Assembly (NCBI GenBank): GCA_032718475.1
Contig: JAUCBJ010005507.1
Location: 1 to 64,000 of the forward strand
From: Nemertoderma westbladi
Lineage: Eukaryota > Animalia > Xenacoelomorpha
Reading direction: 5' to 3'
Length of the DNA: 64,000 nt
Below the pieces are notes generated by a model. That model was not told the origin of the DNA. It did no database searches and saw only the letters and a list, made by a program, of their open reading frames with translations. Each line of letters starts with the position of its first letter. The stretch's first letter is position 1. Below, piece after piece: positions 12,361 to 24,885 of this stretch. Made by a program: the position numbers and the translations under genes.

Positions 12361-13030
12361 AGATAATGGCAGAACGAATTGGCCAAGCAAATATCTTCAT
12401 CGATAATGGCAAAACGAGTTGGAAAAGCAAATAATCTTCTTTGATAATGGCAGAACGAATTGGCGAAGCAAATAATCTCCCTCGACGATGGCATAACGAA
12501 ATAATTTTCTTCGGTAATGGCAAAACAAGTTTGCAAAGCAAATAATCTTCTTTGATAATGGCAGAACGAATTGGCAACGCAAACAATCTTATTTGATAAC
12601 GGCAGAACGAATTGGCGAAGCAAATATCTTCATCGACAATGGCAAAACGAGTTGGAAAAGCAAATAATCTTCTTTGATAATGGCAGAACGAATTGGCGAA
12701 GCAAATAATCTCCCTCGACGATGGCATAACGAAATAATTTTCTTCGATAATGGCAAAACGAGTTTGCAAAGCAAATAATCTTCTTTGATAATGGCAGAAC
12801 GAATTGGCAAAGCAAACAATCTTATTTGATAACGGCAGAACGAATTGGCAAAGCAAATATCTTCATCGATAATGGCAAAACGAGTTGGAAAAGCAAATAA
12901 TCTTCTTTGATAATGGCAGAACGAATTGGCGGAGCAAATAATCTCCCTCGACGATGGCATAACGAAATAATTTTCTTCGATAATGGCAAAACGAGTTTGC
13001 AAAGCAAATAATCTCCTTTGATAATGTCAA
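12361..13030. repeat. Intronic satellite of ~39-41-bp GATAATGGCA... subunits with a ~233-bp higher-order period
   Basis: Repeated GATAATGGCA[G/A]AACGA...GCAAATAATCT; matching ORF endpoints at 12397, 12630 and 12863 show the 233-bp period. Confidence 0.9.
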
Positions 13031-13414
13031 ACGAAATAATATCCTACGATAATGACAAACACGAATTACCAATGTAAATAAAATCATCCCATGAGAAAGA
13101 TATTCCTATCAATTACGGCGGAGTATAAAATTATAAAAATTAATGAAGTTCAAGTTAAAGCTAAACCGGCAGCTCCTTGTAAGTAAACAGTATCACCCTG
13201 GCAACAGGAGGTCAAAGCGTTATCATATAAATATAAACCGAAAATAAATTGTTAATGAACTAATAATGCATCATCATTATTGAGAGCATATAAAGCATTA
13301 TTGAGAGCATATAAAGCTATAATAATATTCGCTATAAATAATTGCGCAAACAAAATATACAGAATAAATAGAAAATCAGTTGGACTGGATGGAGTTTTCA
13401 GACAGGTGCGGTTC

Positions 13415-16048
13415 TCATCTGGGACTGGTGGGGCTCAATGGAGTGTCCGAGCCATTGGAAGAGGCGCTGGTAGACCGCAGTGCAGTAAACCGACGGACCT
13501 TCAGCTGCGGTACGGTTCGCTCTACCTCTTTCGGTTTGTAACACGTCTCCAGGATGGCCTTTGTATTGAGTTTACGAACTTCAGCTGGCCTCTCTGAGAA
13601 GACCTCCTTGTCTGACTGATCCAACAAGGTCTGTAGAATCGCGTCTTGATTTAGTTTACTAACTTCTCTCGGATTCTCTGTCGCCACCGCTGGGGCGGAG
13701 GATTTAGGCTGGAAAGCCAAAAGGTCTAATTTGTTGACAGAAATCGAATTATCCGTGGTTCTGGAATGGCTCGTATTGGTTTCAAGAAATAAACCCAGCG
13801 TCTCATTGGATAATCGACTAACATCCAGACCATTGGATGTCCTTGACACATCTTGAATATCACGTGTCTCAGAAAACGTAGACAAAGCATTCATGTTAAG
13901 CTTTCTCACTTCTAAAACTTCCCTTTCCACAACAGAATTGTTCTGGAACATATTATTTATATTGGATTTATCCAACTTTTGAGAAACATAAATTGGTTCC
14001 TTTTCATCGACGCTAACCTGCGATGCCTTTAGCCAATCGGGGTTGACACGTTTACATTTTGGAGGCGGTTTTAAACCCAAAGATTCAGAATTCGAAGTAT
14101 TTCCGTTGCTTTCTACGAATGCTCCAATCACGGATGTATCCAACTTCCGTGGTGCCAGCGTGGCCCCTTCGCGGGAAATATTGGAACTTTCATTGTTTGC
14201 GAATAAGTTGCCTTCGCTTATGTTGAGTTTATTTGGTGTTGGTAAACTCTCCCTACGAGTTACACAGTTACTAACGTTACCAGAAAAACTACTAGTCACA
14301 GATGAATCTAACCTCTTAACTTCTCCAGTTTCCGCAGTCTTCGCAGTCGAATCATTCTCTGTTGGTTTAAAGGTAAATTTATCTAAACTGAGACGCTTGA
14401 CGGGTTTAATCGGCCCATTTACTTCGGTTGACATATCGCCCTCAACTGGGTTGACGAAAGTATTTTTTATATCGCCGATATTTACACTAATAATATCTTC
14501 TTTTTCACCGCTTCGGTTTTCGCAAGTGGATTTGATATCAAATTTATTTACATCCAAAGGTTTAATATCGCTCGCTTTATCAGTTTGCCTCACATAAGCA
14601 ACATGTTCGCCATCTAAGAATGGATTCAGAGCATCTTTATTTAAAGATCGAACTTCCGGCACTTCAGTCTTATCAATAACCTTCGATGTATTGGAGAAAC
14701 TCAACTCAGCAACATTCAACTTACTCACTTGAGCAACTTCCCTTTTCTGTACATGCTCATTACTGGTATTTTGGAACACATCAATGGCGCTGCTGTCTAA
14801 CTTCTTTGCATCTGGTACAACTTCTTGTTTAACATACTCCACGCTTTCAGTGAGCCGCTTCTCTATAAGAGATTTGTCGATCGTTTGCGACACGTAAATG
14901 GGCTCCTTCACCGCCGTTTCAGTGGTTCTTGAGAATTCCAGGAATTTTGGATCAATCTTTTTGGCCTTGGGAACGTTTTCCTGCTTAGCAACCACTATGG
15001 AAGATGGCTGTAGAAATGTTTCAACCGAACTTCTATCCAACTTATTAACCTCAATTACTTCTTTACTAACTACTACATCACCATTAGACTCTTCAGTGAA
15101 TTTTCTCAAAGACTGAGAACCAATTTTATCTGGGGTCGTCTTGGAAACGTTTTCACCCTGTTCCGCAGATTTGAATTGGAACTTGGATGGGTCCAATTTC
15201 TTCGCCTCCGTCATCTCTGACCGCTCTTCCACATTACGAATGTTCTGGAACGTCTCAACAGCTGATACATCCAACTTCTTTACGGAAGACTCCTGTTTCT
15301 CAGCCATATGTTCTTTATTCTCAGTAAACACACTGATCGCCTCGCTATTCAGCTTACTAACGTTGACACTCTCAGACCTCTCCACAACTGACCACTGACC
15401 CCTCTTGGTAAATGTAGACATGACGTCCCCGGAGAGTTTATTAACCTCCACTACTCCCTGTCTAGACACCTCGGGGGTCTCAATAAAGCTCTCGATTTTA
15501 CTCAGGTTCAACTTATTAACAACAACTCCCTCACTCCTGGGCGTGTCGATCTCCCCAACTTCCGTAAAGTTCTTCATCAGATGATTATCTAATCGATTAA
15601 CAGTCAGCGATTCCGACTTAGTTACCGTAGAAACCGACTCAGTAAACGCACTAATGGACCCGCTGTCAAGTCTCTTCACTTCCACATTCTCTCTCTCGCT
15701 ATTCACTCCGCTCTGCTGCCTTAGAAACGCTAACTTATCGCCTGGCAACCGGTTGACCTCTATGGATTCCCTCCGGGGTGCATCGCTCGGCTGATCCGAG
15801 AATAAATCCGTGAGGTTTAATTTATTAACCGAGGGACTTTCGCTTTTAGGGGCTGGTTCCGCCTCCAGTTCCCCCTCAAACGCGTCCATTTTCCCAGACC
15901 GCAATCTACGCGGTTTTATGACGTCACTCTTCTTGACTTTGGTGCGTTTTTTTTCCTGTGTGAGGAACCCCAACTTACTGGAATCCATCTTACTTACTTT
16001 GAGGTCCTTACCAGCTGAGGTCCAATAACGGAATTCGTCTTCATCGTA
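13415..16048 (-). CDS. Large minus-strand gene, composite exon: short form 16048-15998 or 2.6-kb terminal read-through form with ~25-28 degenerate Vx[KR]L[DN]...F repeats
   Basis: Acceptor TTCCGTTTACAG phase 0 (YDEDEFRYWTSAGKDLK), in frame with the 857-aa ORF. An internal perfect donor AAA|GTAAGT at 15997 is phase 0 and matches exon 11753. The long ORF is non-repetitive at DNA level, so it is unlikely to be chance. Confidence 0.85.
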   Translation of the reverse strand, partial: YDEDEFRYWTSAGKDLKVSKMDSSKLGFLTQEKKRTKVKKSDVIKPRRLRSGKMDAFEGELEAEPAPKSESPSVNKLNLTDLFSDQPSDAPRRESIEVNRLPGDKLAFLRQQSGVNSERENVEVKRLDSGSISAFTESVSTVTKSESLTVNRLDNHLMKNFTEVGEIDTPRSEGVVVNKLNLSKIESFIETPEVSRQGVVEVNKLSGDVMSTFTKRGQWSVVERSESVNVSKLNSEAISVFTENKEHMAEKQESSVKKLDVSAVETFQNIRNVEERSEMTEAKKLDPSKFQFKSAEQGENVSKTTPDKIGSQSLRKFTEESNGDVVVSKEVIEVNKLDRSSVETFLQPSSIVVAKQENVPKAKKIDPKFLEFSRTTETAVKEPIYVSQTIDKSLIEKRLTESVEYVKQEVVPDAKKLDSSAIDVFQNTSNEHVQKREVAQVSKLNVAELSFSNTSKVIDKTEVPEVRSLNKDALNPFLDGEHVAYVRQTDKASDIKPLDVNKFDIKSTCENRSGEKEDIISVNIGDIKNTFVNPVEGDMSTEVNGPIKPVKRLSLDKFTFKPTENDSTAKTAETGEVKRLDSSVTSSFSGNVSNCVTRRESLPTPNKLNISEGNLFANNESSNISREGATLAPRKLDTSVIGAFVESNGNTSNSESLGLKPPPKCKRVNPDWLKASQVSVDEKEPIYVSQKLDKSNINNMFQNNSVVEREVLEVRKLNMNALSTFSETRDIQDVSRTSNGLDVSRLSNETLGLFLETNTSHSRTTDNSISVNKLDLLAFQPKSSAPAVATENPREVSKLNQDAILQTLLDQSDKEVFSERPAEVRKLNTKAILETCYKPKEVERTVPQLKVRRFTALRSTSASSNGSDTPLSPTSPR

Positions 16049-16796
16049 CTGTAAACGGAAGTGACGTCATAAAAATAATTTGTTGGAATAAAAGTAAAGA
16101 ATATATCCAACCAAACTGAAACAATTGACATAGGTCGTTGCTAAGGAATATTATCTTTTCAAGGACTCAACTTTTAACAAATTAATTAAAGTCTCACAAG
16201 AAATGAGCTAAATAGAACCGAGTAGCCATGCTCTGATGTAATGGACAAAAAGTTACAGATTTATAAAACCTGGCTTAGACCGAGACGAGCATGTGGAATG
16301 TAGATTCTTAGGTTACGGCCTTAGGTGACTTGGTGTAACATGGAGGGATAGCCAGTTGCATATAAAATTAGACTTAATACAATGTTTTATGCAATGAGTA
16401 AAGGCTATGAAGTCATGTAAGCTATGTAACGGCTATTAGGTATACTCTTTACATACAATTATAGATAATAAATACGGCGATACGGCGTTTTATCGCATAT
16501 TTTTTTCTAATTTAATCGCAGCCCAATTCCCTTGTCCCGACAATATCGTTGGACATAGTTTGATTGTTTTCGAAAACATAGGACACACAGGATGAGATTG
16601 GCAAAGGCTTTAAAAAGAAACAATTTAATCTAGAATATATTTTGAATATTCCTATATTACTCACAGACATGGAATAACCGAACTAAACGACCCTGAATAT
16701 TTTGTAAGATAAGATTGGATAGTCTTAAGACTCTAAACAATAGTAACATGGGGTTCTACAATTCCTGTGAGTTAAACACCATGGCCCCCTGAGTAC

Positions 16797-17849
16797 TCTG
16801 TATTCAGAGGGCCATGTGTATTCAGAGGGCCATGTGTAGTGTATTCAGAGGGCCATGTGTATTCAGAGGACCATGTGTAGTGTATTCAGAGGGCCATGTG
16901 TAGTGTATTCAGAAGGCCATGTGTATTTAGAGGGCCATGTGTAGTGTATTCAGAAGGCCATGTGTATTTAGAGGGCCATGTGTAGTGTATTCAGAGAAAC
17001 ATGTGTAGTGTATTCAGAGGACCATGTGTAGTGTATTCAGAGGACCATGTGTAGTGTATTCAGAAGGCCATGTGTATTTAGAGGGCCATGTGTAGTGTAT
17101 TCAGAGAAACATGTGTAGTGTATTCAGAGGACCATGTGTAGTGTATTCAGAGGACCATGTGTAGTGTATTCAGAGGGCCATGTGTAGTGTATTCAGAAGG
17201 CCATGTGTATTTAGAGGGCCATGTGTGTGTAGTGTATTCAGAGAAACATGTGTAGTGTATTCAGAGGACAATGTGTAGTGTATTCAGAGGGCCATGTGTA
17301 GTGTATTCAGAAGGCCATGTGTATTTAGAGGGCCATGTGTAGTGTATTCAGAGAAACATGTGTAGTGTATTCAGAGGACAATGTGTAGTGTATTCAGAGG
17401 GCCATGTGTAGTGTATTCAGAGGGCCATGTGTGTGTAGTGTATTTAGAGATACATATGTAGTGTATTCAGAGGGCCATGTGTGTGTGTAGTCGTAGTGTA
17501 TTCAGAGATACATGTGTAGTGTATTCAGAGGGCCATGTGTAGTGTATTCAGAGGTCCATGTGTGTGTAGTCGTAGTATTGAAAGTATTCAAAGGCCCATG
17601 TGTAGTGTATTCAGCGGGCCATGTATCGTGTATTCAGAGGGTCATGTGTATTCAAAGGGCCATGTGTATTCAGAGGGCCATGTGTAGTGTATTCAGAGGG
17701 CCATGTGTAGTGTATTCAGAGGGCCAGGTGTAGTGTATTCAGAGGGCCAGGTGTAGTGTATTCAGCGGGCCATGTATCGTGTATTCAGAGGACCATGTGT
17801 ATTCAGAGGGCCATGTGTCTTCAGAGGGCCATGTGTCGTGTATTCAGAA
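16797..17849. repeat. Intronic 18/23-bp minisatellite (GTGTAGTGTATTCAGAGGGCCAT)
   Basis: Degenerate tandem units over ~1 kb. Confidence 0.95.
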
Positions 17850-18027
17850 ATTACTTATTGTATGGGAAATAAAGTATAATTTTATGTTCTCCACGCTGGA
17901 TCGTAAAAAACTTGGATTGTTCCAAATTTGTTTCCCATAGAAGAAAGTTTTTAAAACCTGTCAAATAAACATTTACTTCCTCTACCAAAAATGCTTTCTA
18001 CAGCTTAACAATCGCGTTCCAACTCAC

Positions 18028-18314
18028 ATTAGCGGGTTTGGCTCGGCCTTCAAATACTGCGAGTTTATCCTCCGGTAGGGGTCTATCGTCGACGCCCCCC
18101 TGAGACGGTTGTTCGTCGGCACCATCTAGCGGCCGACCACCGACATCCACCGGCGTCAGGTAATCCGCATCCACGTGAACATCATCGGGTATTAGGTTGA
18201 CATGGAAACCGGTAGGACTAGCCAACTGGCGGTTGAGTGAATCTCCCGAGGAAGAACTCGACATAGATGTTGGTCCTTGGCGTTCCATATCCAAAAGGTC
18301 ACTCATAAGGTCGC
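18028..18314 (-). CDS. Large minus-strand gene, exon (GDLMSDLLDMERQGP...DKLAVFEGRAKPAN)
   Basis: Acceptor TCGCTTTTTAG phase 1, donor AAT|GTGAGT phase 0; both match neighbours. Confidence 0.8.
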
Positions 18315-18690
18315 CTAAAAAGCGATAACGGAAGATGTTAATATGGATGGGTGGGGGGGGGGGGGGGGGGGGGTGTTGTTTGGTGGCTGCCCAAGCAAGT
18401 CGCTGAAGTGATCTTTCAATTTCCCAACACGTTCTTCAGGACTAACCATTATTAAGCTTACTCAACCTTGTTGATGTTTCCGTTGTTGGTTGTTCGGTTT
18501 TTACTTTGTAGGCTATCTTAAGATCTTCTCTCTTACAAGTAACCTCATAATCTTGCCATGGCACATACTGTTTTCGTTTACGTTTCCGGAATTATGTCTC
18601 TTGACTGATTCCTTGTTGGGCTTTTATTAAATTCTGTTATATTGAATTGGTAGACTGGTTTCATTTTTCTAATATAAGTCCAGTCAGATC

Positions 18691-18857
18691 TTATGGGTTC
18701 TCATTCTCATATCTTTCAGCTACGGGAGTAAACCAGTTGAGGTCGTAACTCCTACAAGCTTCTTCGGAGTAGGCTGCTAGCGGTTGATCGTCTACTTTCC
18801 GCCTATCCATGGCCAACAGCCCTGCTGGCGACTGTAGGTGTCCTTTGGTACCCTGTA
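18691..18857 (-). CDS. Possible alternative terminal exon (VQGTKGHLQSPAGLLAMDRRKVDDQPLAAY...ENENP*)
   Basis: Acceptor CTTGTTCAG in phase 1 like exon 18314; open for 55 codons; VDDQPL and LQSPAG resemble VDDRPL and LASPTG in the next exon. Confidence 0.5.
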
Positions 18858-18934
18858 CTGAACAAGGTCTGCATTACTTCGGTATGGAATGTTATATAGA
18901 GGGTTATTGTACAATGTTATATATATGTTATATA

Positions 18935-20795
18935 TGGTCGGCCTATAAGCGGCCCTAACAAACAACTCACCATGTTCTGGTCGGCCTATAAGCGGCCCTC
19001 ACAAACAACTCACCATGGATGGCCTAAAATCGGCCCTCACAAACAACTCACCATGTTCGGGTCGGCCTATAAGCGGCCCTCACAAACAACTCACCATGGA
19101 TGGCCTAAAATCGGCCCTCACAAACAACTCACCATGTTCTGGTCGGCCTATAAGCGGCCCTCACAAACAACTCACCATGGATGGCCTAAAATCGGCCCTC
19201 ACAAACAACTCACCATGTTCTGGTCGGCCTATAATCGGCCCTCACAAACAACTCGCCATGTTCTGGTCGGCCTATAATCGGCCCTCACAAACAACTCACC
19301 ATGTTCTGGTCGGCCTAAAATCGGCCCTCACAAACAACTCACCATGTTCTGGTCGGCCTATAATCGGCCCTCACAAACAACTCACCATGTTCTGGTCGGC
19401 CTATAATCGGCCCTCACAAACAACTAACCATGTTCTGGTCGGCCTATAATCGGCCCTCTCAAACACATCACCATGGACGGCCTATAATCGGCCCTCACAA
19501 ACAACTTACCATGTTCTGGTCGGCCTATAATCGGCCCTCTCAAACAACTCACCATGGACGGCCTATAATCTGTCCTCACAAACAACTAACCATAGTCTGG
19601 TCGGCCTATAATCAGCCCTCACAAATAACTAACCATGGTAGGCCTATAATCGGCCCTCACAAACAACTAACCATGGTCTGGTCGACTTATAATCGGCCCT
19701 CACAAACAAGTCAACATGGTCGGCCTAAAATCGGCCCTCACAAACAACTCACCATAGTCGGCCTATAATCGGCCCTCACAAACAACTCCCCATGGTCGGC
19801 CGGCTTATAATCGGCCCTCACAAACAAGTCAACATGGTCGGCCTATAATCGGCCCTCACAAACAACTAGTGGTCTGGTCGGCCTATAATCGGCCCTCACA
19901 AACAACTCACCAAGGTCTGGTCGGCCTATGAGCGGCCCTCACAAACAACTCCCATGTTCTGGTCGGCCTATGAGCGGCCCTCACAAACAACTCCCAACTC
20001 CCATGTTCTGGTCGGCCTATAATCGGCCCTCACAAACACCTCACCATGGTTGGCCTATACTCGGCCCTCACAAACAACCCACCATGGTCGGCCTAATCGG
20101 CCCTCACAAACAACCCACCATGGTCTGGTCGGCCTATAAGCGGCCCTCACAAACAACTCACCATGGTTGGCCTATAATCGGCCCTCACAAACAACCCCCC
20201 ATGGTCGGCCTAATCGGCCCTCACAAACAACCCACCATGGTCTGGTCGGCCTATAAGCGGCCCTCACAAACAACTCACCATGGTTGGCCTATACTCGGCC
20301 CTCATAAACAACTCACCATAGTCGGCCTATAATCGGCCCTCACAAACAACTCACCATGGTCTGGTCGGCCTATAAGCTGCCCTCACAAACAACTCACCAT
20401 GGTTGGCCTATAATCGGCCCTCACAAACAACCCACCATGGTCGGCCTAATCGGCCCTCACAAACAACTCACCATGGTCGGTCGGCCTATAATCGGCCCTC
20501 ACAAACAACTCACCATGTTCTGGTCGGCCTATAAGCGGCCCTCACAAACAACTCACCATGGTCGGCCTAATCGGCCCTCACAAACAACTCACCATGGTTG
20601 GCCTATAATCGGCCCTAACAAACAACTCACCATGGTCGGCCTATAAGCGGCCCTCACAAACAACTCTCCATAGTCGGCCTATAAGCGGCCCTCACAAACA
20701 ACTCCCCATGGTTGGCCTATAATCGGCCCTCACAAACCACTCTCCATGTTCTGGTCGGCCTATAATCGGCCCTCACAAACAACTCACCATGTTCC
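18935..20795 (-). repeat. ~39-43-bp minisatellite, ~45 copies; unit = exon end plus donor CATG|GTGAGT plus intron start
   Basis: Minus-strand unit AGAACATG|GTGAGTTGTTTGTGAGGGCCGATTATAGGCCGACC, starting at the end of exon 21088-20788 (GGAACATG|GTGAGT). Confidence 0.95.
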
Positions 20796-21088
20796 GGTTT
20801 AGAATCTGCCATGTCGACAGTTGACGGTTGGCTAACGATTCCACTAGAAACGTCAACCAATAGAGGTTGATCTACACGTTGTGGGTCAGTCTCTATTGGT
20901 CGGCGCTGTTGGTCTGAGTCTGGGAGATCCTGGGAGACTACGTAGGTCCGGTCAACATCCCGTTCCTGTGGATCTCTGTCACCCGACTCAGGAGAGTCAC
21001 CACGGTATTCGTCTGGGGTGTGAGACTGCAACGTCGCCGCACCCAAGATCTCGTCCAACAAACTGCCTTCGGTATCCACGTGATCCGT
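20788..21088 (-). CDS. Large minus-strand gene, exon (TDHVDTEGSLLDEILGAAT...DSKPEH)
   Basis: Acceptor TTTATATGTTTAG phase 0, donor G|GTGAGT phase 1. Confidence 0.8.
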
Positions 21089-24000
21089 CTAAACATATAA
21101 ATATAGAATTTGTACGGAGAAAGTAAATATATAATGAGTAGGTCCTACAGGTATCGTCACATCGGTAAGCTATAATAGGCCTACCGACACCGGTCAATGT
21201 GTGTAGCCAATATACCATACTAATATGCCAACCAAGGTAGCAAGCAAGCCATGGCTTGGGAATATATATAACATCTTACATATTAAGGTAGCCGGAGACC
21301 GCTATGTACAGATGTATAAATAGGCCTATATTTATAACGATGTACCGGTAGGCTTTTCAATTCTATATACCGGTAATTGAGAACAGCAAGTAATGAAGAG
21401 TGGTCCTACCGAATACCGGTAGCCGGTAGGAGTAGAGTGGTTCAAAAACAATATTTACTAATTTTTAACTCCTCGCATGTCTAACCATTCAAAACTATGT
21501 TTAGTATTTTTTTAGTAAAAAATCCATTCAGGGGAAATGCTCCCATGCTTAATTTACGCAATTTGGCCCGATATCAATAATCGGCCGCAGAACTAAACTC
21601 ATGGTTAATTATGTACCGGTACCGTAATTATATTGGGAAGTGTGGGATAACAATTTGATTTTAACTGATTTTAGGGTACAGCCGAAAATCACATCGGATT
21701 TCGAATAATTTGTATTTTAAAATGTTATGTCAGTATGTTGCATGGTATACAATATACTACAGTACTGTACTGTATTTCAAGGCATTATATTAAACTAAGG
21801 ATTGTTGATGGATAAGATTTATCTGTCTGCATCCAGCGACCAAAAGTGAACTACCGGTAATACTTGGAAAAAGCTTTGCATATATGAATTATACATAATT
21901 AGACAATGCTGATTCTAAATCTGTTTTCAGATTTGCCATAGCTATTTTTCACAAACGCAAATTCGTGTTCAAAATATTTATCGCGAACTACCTGACTGTG
22001 TTGACTGTGAAGTAGATTCAATAAGAATGAAATAGGATCAAAATCAATCTAAAACATCGAATGGACCTTTGTTCATACTGTCATATGAATTACCTGGCTG
22101 GCAGCCTGGTAGGCCTATATATAATTAATTTATATAATTAATTTATTTATTTATTTATTCCACATCTGCTTTCAGATTTGCCCCCGGAAGGGGTTAGGAT
22201 AATGGCTAGGCCTACCCAACCAAACGCGAACATTGAAAACGTACCCTGGTTAAAACGTACCCGGCCGAAAACGTACCTCAATATTCTGATATTGGGTACG
22301 TTTCCAATATAAGCAAAGGCTACGTTTTTGAGGTTAAAACGTACCCACTCATTTACCTCAATTGGCAGATGTGATTCTGTGATTGGTAAAGTGATCGTTT
22401 ATTGTTTTGGTTAGTAACACCGCCACTGTACCGGTAGGAAACCTACTGCTGGCGGGTCCTACTAATTACCCCAACCTACCCCAACCTACCACAAACTACC
22501 ACAATCTACCACAATCTACCCCAATAATTCGATACAGGCATCTAATTACCACAATATTATTTTACAATGGCATCTAATTACCACAATATACAGAACTCAA
22601 GTGTCTATTTACCACAAGAATAACTGCGCATCTAATTACCACAATATACAGAACGCATGTGTCTAATTACCACAATACTATACAGCGTCTAATTACCACA
22701 ATATACAGAACGCAAGTGTCTAATTACCACAACACTATACTGCGTCTAATTACCACAATATACAGAACGCGAGTGTCTAATTACCACAACACTATACTGC
22801 GTCTAATTACCACAATATACAGAATGCAAGTATCTATTTACCACAACACTACACTGCATCTAATTACCACAATATACAGAACTCAAGTGTCTATTTACCA
22901 CACGACAATACTGCGTCTAATTACCACAAGACTATACTGCGTCTAATTACCACAATCTATTTATGAAAAAGACTACAGTACACTGCACACTGCATCTAAT
23001 TACCACAATATTATTTTACAATGGCATCTAATTACCACAATATACAGAATGTAAGTATCTATTTACCACAAGACTACACTGCATCTAATTACCACAATAT
23101 ACAGAACTCAAATGTCTATTTACCACACGACTATACTGCGTCTAATTACCACAACACTATACTGCGCCTAATTACCACAATCTATTTACGAACAAGACTA
23201 CACTGCACACTGCATCTAATTACCACAATATACAGAACTCAAGTGTCTATTTACCACACGACTATACTGCGTCTAATTACCACAACACTATACTGCGTCT
23301 AATTACCACAATCTATTTACGAACAAGACTACACTGCACACTGCATCTAATTACCACAATATTATTTTACAATGGCATCTAATTACCACAATATACAGAA
23401 TGCAAGTATCTATTTACCACAACACTACACTGCATCTAATTACCACAATATACAGAACTCAAGTGTCTATTTACCACACGACTATACTGCGTCTAATTAC
23501 CACAACACTATACTGCGTCTAATTACCACAATCTATTTACGAACAAGACTACACTGCACACTGCATCTAATTACCACAATATACAGAACTCAAGTGTCTA
23601 TTTACCACACGACTATACTGCGTCTAATTACCACAACACTATACTGCGTCTAATTACCACAATCTATTTACGAACAAGACTACACTGCACACTGCATCTA
23701 ATTACCACAATATTATTTTACAATGGCATCTAATTACCACAATATACAGAATGCAAGTATCTATTTACCACAACACTACACTGCATCTAATTACCACAAT
23801 ATACAGAACTCAAGTGTCTATTTACCACACGACTATACTGCGTCTAATTACCACAACACTATACTGCGTCTAATTACCACAATCTATTTACGAACAAGAC
23901 TACACTGCACACTGCATCTAATTACCACAATATACAGAACTCAAGTGTCTATTTACCACACGACTATACTGCGTCTAATTACCACAACACTATACTGCGT

Positions 24001-24885
24001 CTAATTACCACAATCTATTTACGAACAAGACTACACTGCACACTGCATCTAATTACCACAATATTATTTTACAATGGCATCTAATTACCACAATATACAG
24101 AATGCAAGTATCTATTTACCACAACACTACACTGCATCTAATTACCACAATATACAGAACTCAAGTGTCTATTTACCACACGACTATACTGCGTCTAATT
24201 ACCACAACACTATACTGCGTCTAATTACCACAACACTATACTGCGTCTAATTACCACAACACTACTGTATACTGCGTCTAATTACCACAATCTATTTACC
24301 ACAAGACTACACTGCATCTAATTACACACAATATTATTTTACAATGGCATCTAATTACCACAATATACAGAATGCAAGTGTCTAATTACCACAACACTAT
24401 ACTGCGTCTAATTACCACAATCTATTTACGAACAAGACTACTGCACACTGCATCTAATTACCACAATATTATTTTACAATGGCATCTAATTACCACAATA
24501 TACAGAACGCAAGTGTCTAATTACCACAAGACTATACTGCGTCTAATTACCACAACACTATACTGCGTCTAATTACCACAACACAACACTGTGTCTAATT
24601 ACCACAATCTATTTACCACAAGACACACTGCATCTAATTACCACAATATTATTTTACAATGGCATCTAATTACCACAATATACAGAATGCAAGAGTGTCT
24701 AATTACCACAATATACAGTACGGTAGTTATTAATATTCAGTGTCTAATTACCGCAAGACTTCACTAACGTCTAATTACCACAATATACAGAACTCAAGTG
24801 TCTAATCACGGGTAGGACTAAAAACCCAAACGGACCCAAACGGTACCCAAACTAACCCAAACGGTGGAATACGGAGTTATATCAA

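Noticed and set aside
16797-17849. Another splice-donor array
   Set aside because: Starts ~180 nt inside the intron and has no GT donor or exon sequence on the gene's strand; ordinary intronic minisatellite. Likewise 12361-13030.
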